A stretch of DNA of 28,227 nucleotides from Chiloscyllium plagiosum. Its lineage: Eukaryota. The translations under genes and the position numbers were made by a program. The notes beneath the pieces are model-generated. The model made no database searches. It had not been told where the DNA came from and worked only from the letters and a program-made list of their open reading frames with translations. Below, in pieces: positions 22,726-28,227 of this stretch (positions are counted from its first letter, which is position 1; every line of letters begins with the position of its first letter). The DNA is taken from contig NC_057719.1 in NCBI RefSeq assembly GCF_004010195.1, forward strand, positions 16,821,532-16,849,758, given 5' to 3'.

Positions 22726-23084
22726 AAATTATGCACCTTTATTACAACATTTATGAAGGTTTTTAACTTTGTCTTGACAGCTTTTCCATACTGCCATTCT
22801 CTTTTAAATTCATAGAGATTGACAACTTCCTCTCTGCTAATTCTTGGATATGGGTAAATGTGAAGGGAGGGCGATAATTCCACACTTTACCTTAGTAAAT
22901 TTCGCAGTCTTTCAGTTTTGTTTTTCCTATCTGTTTCAAACCTGCATTCAACAGATCAAAGATGAAATATTAACAGATTGGTATTTTCAACACATTCTTG
23001 TTTCTCTCTTCCTCCTTATACATACTGTTGTTCACGTTTAAATTTTCTCTCATTTTGACTTTCCTTAATCATGTTTTTCTTTGC

Positions 23085-23515
23085 GCTCATGGACATTGCT
23101 GGCAAAAATGACATTTATTACCCAAACATAATAGCCTATTCGTAGGTTGTGATGAATTGTTTTCTTGGAGCACTGCGATCTATGGAGGTGGTGTATCCAA
23201 ACTATTATTAGGGAGTTCTTAGATTTTGTCTCTGTTATTGAAGGAACAGTTACACAGCTTTAATAAAAGTGTATGACTTGAAGATGGTGGCTCTGAGTAT
23301 CTTGCCGTCCTGGGTGGTGAGGCCACAGTTTTGGGAGAAGCTGTTGAAGAAACTTTTGGCAAGTTGCTGTAATGATTTTTGTAGATGATATGTACTGCAG
23401 GCAAGTAGTCATGGAATAACAAATGTTTAAATGATTTAGATGTTAGTTAATCTGCTATTTTGTTCTTGTTCATGTCAAGCTTGTTGAATATTGTTAGAGT
23501 TGCAATCTTGGTACT
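23085..23515 (-). mobile_element. Very old L2/CR1-type LINE 3' fragment
   Basis: Degenerate similarity to LINE ORF2 C-termini (HIIYKNHYSNLPK...PPRTAR...SF); heavily decayed. Confidence 0.5.
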
Positions 23516-24533
23516 ACCTTAGATAATTTTGCCCTGAGTATTTTTGATCACTTATTTTATCAATCAGCTCAACAAATCGATGAGGACTTGGAAATCAGGT
23601 TAAATGGTTGTTTATTTCATGTAAGTGCAGTGCAAGCTAGTCTTAGCACCATGAAGAGTAAAACTAACTCTGGTCAGTTACAAACCTCTCTAAGCTTTAT
23701 ACAAAGCATCACAATATACCGATTACATTATCGAGTGATTTGACATAGATTTCACAGGCACTGACTATATTTCACCCAAGGCCAGCACTATTTTGCTGAC
23801 AGTGCAGCTTCTAGCCTGCCTTTGCACATCTGTGAATTCAATTTGCTTTTGCAATATGACTGAAAAGTAAACCCAAACTAACTGAAACTAATTTTACCCT
23901 TTCAATGACAATGGTTAATATCAATGCACATACCTTTGAGAATGTTTATCTTTGGCTTGGGATATAGAAAAGCTTTCTGCAACTTATTCAGGTAAACAAA
24001 CAATAGACCCTAAATTACTTTTGGGTATAGATTGACCACAATGATCTTACTAGTCGTTGAAACTGGAAAGGATCACTCCACATAGTGTTTAAAATTTGAA
24101 AAGTGATTACAAAACAGACAAATGACCAAACTCAATCATTTTTAAAATAGGCTTTTGTAAAAGTCTCGTAGTAAACAAAAATAATTAATAGATTTCTACT
24201 CCTGATTAATATTCTGGTTTATAGATGACTTGTAGACATATTATTTCCATTCTTGGTGAAATTTAATATTTGGGAAGTTTGTTTCAAACTACCAGACTGT
24301 TTGTGAGCTTTCAAGAATAACCGTTTTCATGGAATTTCCTAATGTTTACTACTAAACAAAATAGTTTACTTCGTACAATGATGGTGTCTTTTGGAATTCA
24401 TTGACTGTCATAACTTGCCAATTCAAAAATAAACTGTCAGCCACCAAGTCTGTAACAATGTGCAAAGTGTATTACTGACTCTAAAACCTGGAAGACTAAA
24501 ACAATCATCATCATCTCAGGTTCTCATATTAGT

Positions 24534-25550
24534 CACAGAATCACAGAAGTGTTATGGTGCAAAGGGAGGCCATTTGGCCCATTGTGATCATGTCTGCCAC
24601 CTTACCTAGTGCCAGTTTCCTGCCTTTTCCTTATATTCTTACACGTCATTTATATCCAAGTAATCATTCCAATGCCCTGTTGAATGTCTGAATTGAATCT
24701 TCCTCCACCATGTTTCCAGTGCATTCCATATCCCAACTGTGATTTTTTTTGTTAAATCACATCAGTTGCACATCACTTTAAATCAAACTGTCTCATTCAT
24801 TTTTCTTTTATGACCAGGAATAGTTTCTCCTTGTCTGGTCTATCCGGACCATTCATGATCTTGAAAATCTCTATCAATTCTCCCTTCAGCCATCTTGTCT
24901 CTCCAAGAAGAAATGTCCCAGCTTCTTCACTCTATCTTCATAACTGAAGTTTCTCATGCTTGGAATCTTTTTTGTAAATCGCTGCTACACTCTTTCCAAT
25001 GCATTCACATCTTTCCTATAACCTGGTGCCCACAACTGTGCAATACTCCTGCACAGGTCTTAACAAGTATCTTATATAAGTTCAAAATCACGTCCTTGCT
25101 TTTGTACTGAGTGATCTTGTTAATAAAGCCAAGAATATTACTTTATTAACTGCTTTCTGTGCATGTCCTGCCATCTTCAATGGTCTGTGTCTACATACAC
25201 CCAGGTCCCACTGCTCCTTCACAGCTTTTAGAATTGTACTTTTTATTTTATATTATCTATTAGTGCTTTTCTGATGAAAGTGCATCATGTCACACTTTTC
25301 TGCTTTGAATTTCATTTGCTATTTATCTGTCTAGTCCACCAACTTATCAATGTCCTTTTGAAGTTTCACATGTCCCCCTCACTGTTCACAATATTCCAAG
25401 TTCAGTGTTATCTGCAAACTCTGAAATTGCCCCCCTGCACACTTTAGATCCAGACTATTAATATAATTCAGGCAAAACAAAGGACTGAATATTGCCCCCA
25501 CTGGGGAGCTCCATGACAAAACTACCACTCCCCTGAAAAGTATCCATTGA
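24534..25550 (-). mobile_element. Old CR1-type LINE 3' part
   Basis: Antisense tail (cacagaatcacagaa...ggaggccatttggcccattg). tgttatctgcaaac reads as KFADNT on the minus strand, and ctggggagctcc as the GxPQ motif. Confidence 0.8.
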
Positions 25551-25739
25551 TAAGGCAAGGCCTTGGCAATTATTTACTAAACCATGGTAAAGCACAAATA
25601 CAGGTCTTAAGTTTGCCTCAGCCATAACAGGAAACTCCTGTTCTGTTAGGAGTTAATCAGATCCTCACACTAACTGTTAAACCATTGAGTATGTTAACCA
25701 CAATAATTTCTACAAAATTGTATTGTGGTTAGGCCTGTT

Positions 25740-27230
25740 GCAAAATCATGGTTCAAACTATCTGTTAAAGCAGACTATATAGTAAGTTCTCACCAAAAGT
25801 TGTAGTTATGATCCTGCAAAACGTGACTGATGTGGGTTTAGCTGCAACAGCGCATTTTACCCGACCTGGCAAGCTTATTTTATCTCCTGTGGCATGAGAA
25901 ACTGAGCATGGATAATTGGTGTGCTGTACATTGGTCTGAGCAGGCTTCTGTCCTTTGCAATATAGCATCATGATCAGCAATGGGTAATGATTTGGGCCAG
26001 TTGCATATTTTAGAAACCTTTGCTGGAAACCAAACATTGACCTTTTTAATTGCATTCTCTACTCAGTGTGCAGTTTTAGCAGTTATCCACCGACTTATTG
26101 ATCATGTATCTCTTTCATGCATCTCTTTTGTCTTTGAAACAGAATTTCCTGTGTCCCTGAATGGTTAGACAGTTCATTGCACTTTCGTGTCATTTGCACA
26201 TATCAGCATAAGTTGTCCTGGAGTTGGTAATTCCCATCTAATGTTGTTGCTTTGTTGGTCAACACTTCATGATCGTTGATTTGATAGTACGTACCATTTG
26301 TTCTGCTTGTCAATTTTGAGTGTGGTTAATCGGGTGATGATGTGGGTTGCTCCTAACTTAGCATGCATACCTTGAAATGGTTTGTAGATGTATTTGCATT
26401 CCATTGTTGGGCATTATCAAATTTGGGACATCAAATAAACTGGAAATAGTGCAAATTTTGTCAGTGATGGCAATGCTAATTGAGTTGCTAAATCATTGAA
26501 CAAAGAGAAATTTAGAGACAAATCCATCACAAGATTGTAATTTTTCCTGTGCACTGAAAGTCATTCATTGCTTCTTTTGTCCAAGAAGTGGATGAGAAAT
26601 TTTCCAATATACAGGCACCCTCGCCTGCTGGTGTTCATACATTTGGCATACTGTACATGTATTCATGAGTCGTTAATGCTTTGATTCATCCCGAGCTGGG
26701 TCACAGACGTACATGTTTGCTCTCGCATGCATTCAGTATCTATGCATCCCTGGTGTAGTATGGATGTGCTACCTTGACAATTCTACTCATATTGAGATTT
26801 ATTTACCCTCTGAAAATGACTTGTGGTATCCACTCATTCCTCATTATCCAAAGAATCACTTCTCATGGATTCTCATACTTATGAAATTGGTCCCAGGCCT
26901 ACACTTTTTTTTTTCCCCCATTGTCTCGTTTGGTCTGATTGCACAGTCCTTTATGGTAGATAGGAAATTTACATTGTAGTGATATCCGTGGTTTTTTGTT
27001 ATCCATGGGAGGTCAAGTGATCTTTTGTAACTCTTGGGGGGGTCATTACTCGTTTTGACAGTTGCAGATTGCAACTGCTCGTACCAATAGAAACTGCTTC
27101 AGACAATCAAAGGCTGATTGCTAGTCATCTTAACACACAGGGGATATTATTCTTTAACAAATCTCTCAGCGGTGATACATTGCCCAAATAATTGGGAATA
27201 TATATGGAGAGGAGATTAAAAATTCAGAGA
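25740..27230 (-). mobile_element. Ancient Gypsy-type pol relic (RT/RH linker followed by integrase)
   Basis: Minus-strand peptide remnants VSPLRDLLKNN...QSAFDCLKQ (~27100-27185), LHQGCIDTEC and GMNQS..RLMNTCTVCQ (~26640-26760), KPFQGMHAKLGATH..SSPD*PHS..QAEQMVRTIK (~26280-26390). No LTRs identified. Confidence 0.65.
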
Positions 27231-27282
27231 CATTCATGTAAATGACATTAAAATGAATGTTGTTGCTTACTGAGTTTACAGA

Positions 27283-27420
27283 GCTGAAAATGTGTTGCTG
27301 GAAAAGCGCAGCAGGTCCGGCAGCATCCAAGGTGCAGGAGAATCGACGTTTCGGGCATGAGCCCTTCTTCAGGAAACTTTTCAGCTCTGATCTCCAGCAT
27401 CTGCAGTCCTCACTTTCTCC
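27283..27420. mobile_element. Penelope terminal-repeat insertion with 5' inversion
   Basis: Perfect 15-bp TSD tactgagtttacaga at 27268-27282 and 27421-27435. The segment up to ~27375 is antisense, and 27378-27420 is the sense 3' terminus. Confidence 0.92.
27340..27376 (-). ncRNA. Minimal type I hammerhead ribozyme-like motif
   Basis: The minus strand reads uuc CUGAAGA A GGGC UCAU GCCC GAAAC GUC gauuc: conserved core boxes, a 4-bp stem II and palindromic ACGU in place of stem III. Confidence 0.65.
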
Positions 27421-27949
27421 TACTGAGTTTACAGACTCAATAACTTAAATGCTTTAAAGCAAAACTACGTTAAATAAGGCAATGTTAAACAATGACTTCC
27501 GGTACATTAAGTTTAAAGGGATAATAATAAACCAAAAATACAGAAAAAGGTACATTGGCCCAAAAACTCCTGTAGTTATGTAATTGTCAAAGCAGGGTAG
27601 GGTCGATTTGCATGTCACAACCTTTGAAATTTCAACACAGCTGATCTGAGAGAATTGACTTAAAAATTGATAATTCTAATTGGTGTCTGGAATCATCTAA
27701 AACTGTGAGGGTTCTGACTCACTTGAACTTATTAGTACGACAGGAAAGTTAAAGGATTAAACACCTATTCTAATCCCAGGGTAACTATTAAACTGAAGCC
27801 CTGACTTACTATTGTCCATTTCCCTCCAGCAGCCCTGAACATACCCTGCCCACCCTGATGTGACATTTTCTGATCTTTCAAACAAACCTAAATTCTATTT
27901 CACATGGCACTCTACCTTGCCCAGCCACTTGCCAGACTTAGCCCCACAC

Positions 27950-28227
27950 TTAGAACATAGAACAATACAGCACAGAACAGGCCCTTCGGCCCACGATGTT
28001 GTGCCGAACGTCTAACCTAGATTAAGTACCCATCCATGTACCTATCCAAATGCCGCTTAAAGGTCGCCAATGATTCCGACTCTACCACTCCCACGGGCAG
28101 CGCATTCCATGCCCCCACCACTCTCTGGGTAAAGAACCCACCCCTGACATCTCCCCTATACCTTCCACCCTTCACCTTAAATTTATGTCCCCTTGTAACA
28201 CTCTGTTGTACCCGGGGAAAAAAGTTT
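27950..28227 (-). mobile_element. Relatively young CR1-type LINE 3' end (continues beyond window)
   Basis: Tail agaacatagaacaatacagcacagaacaggcccttcggcccacgatg. The reverse complement reads FFTQRVVGAWNALPVGVVESESLATFKRHLD. CpGs are retained. Confidence 0.9.

Noticed and set aside
22495..23041. Short ORFs with hydrophobic or low-complexity runs
   Set aside because: They derive from an A/G-rich tract and AT-rich intron sequence; no recognisable domain.
11620..27420. Recurring ~100-bp repeat as a CRISPR-like or regulatory array, and the recurring 'MCCWKSAAG' ORFs as a gene family
   Set aside because: Copies are dispersed, in both orientations, individually TSD-flanked and linked to a GIY-YIG fragment; the ORFs are incidental readings of the repeat.
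9445..28227. Next SETD3 exon (expected AEELFLWVPRKLLMTVESAKNSVLG-like)
   Set aside because: Not found by eye in the non-repeat stretches. It probably lies downstream of the window; a tblastn search would confirm.

Overview
Vertebrate genomic DNA, most likely a cartilaginous fish (inferred from HE1-type V-SINEs and the shark-type CR1 and Penelope repeat content). The window covers the 5' part of SETD3 (actin-histidine N-methyltransferase) on the + strand. Three coding exons (369-471, 3748-3840, 9296-9444) have canonical splice sites and compatible phases; I did not find the next exon, so the last intron appears to run past the window end (>18.7 kb). The rest is intronic and repeat-rich. The main element is a decayed, full-length antisense LTR retrotransposon (9538-16983) with an ATAT TSD, tRNA-Pro PBS, PPT, Gypsy-type domains in the Gmr1-like order gag-PR-IN-RT-RH, and a SCAN-like gag segment. 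Also present: four TSD-flanked insertions of a Penelope-like family (one with a GIY-YIG fragment) carrying a minimal hammerhead ribozyme motif, several CR1/L2-type LINE relics, a V-SINE cluster with a tRNA-Ser pseudogene, an older Gypsy pol relic, and two near-identical ~220-235 bp locally templated insertions. I see no clearly new biological system. The most interesting signals are the Penelope/hammerhead micro-insertions, the Gmr1-like element and the templated insertions.
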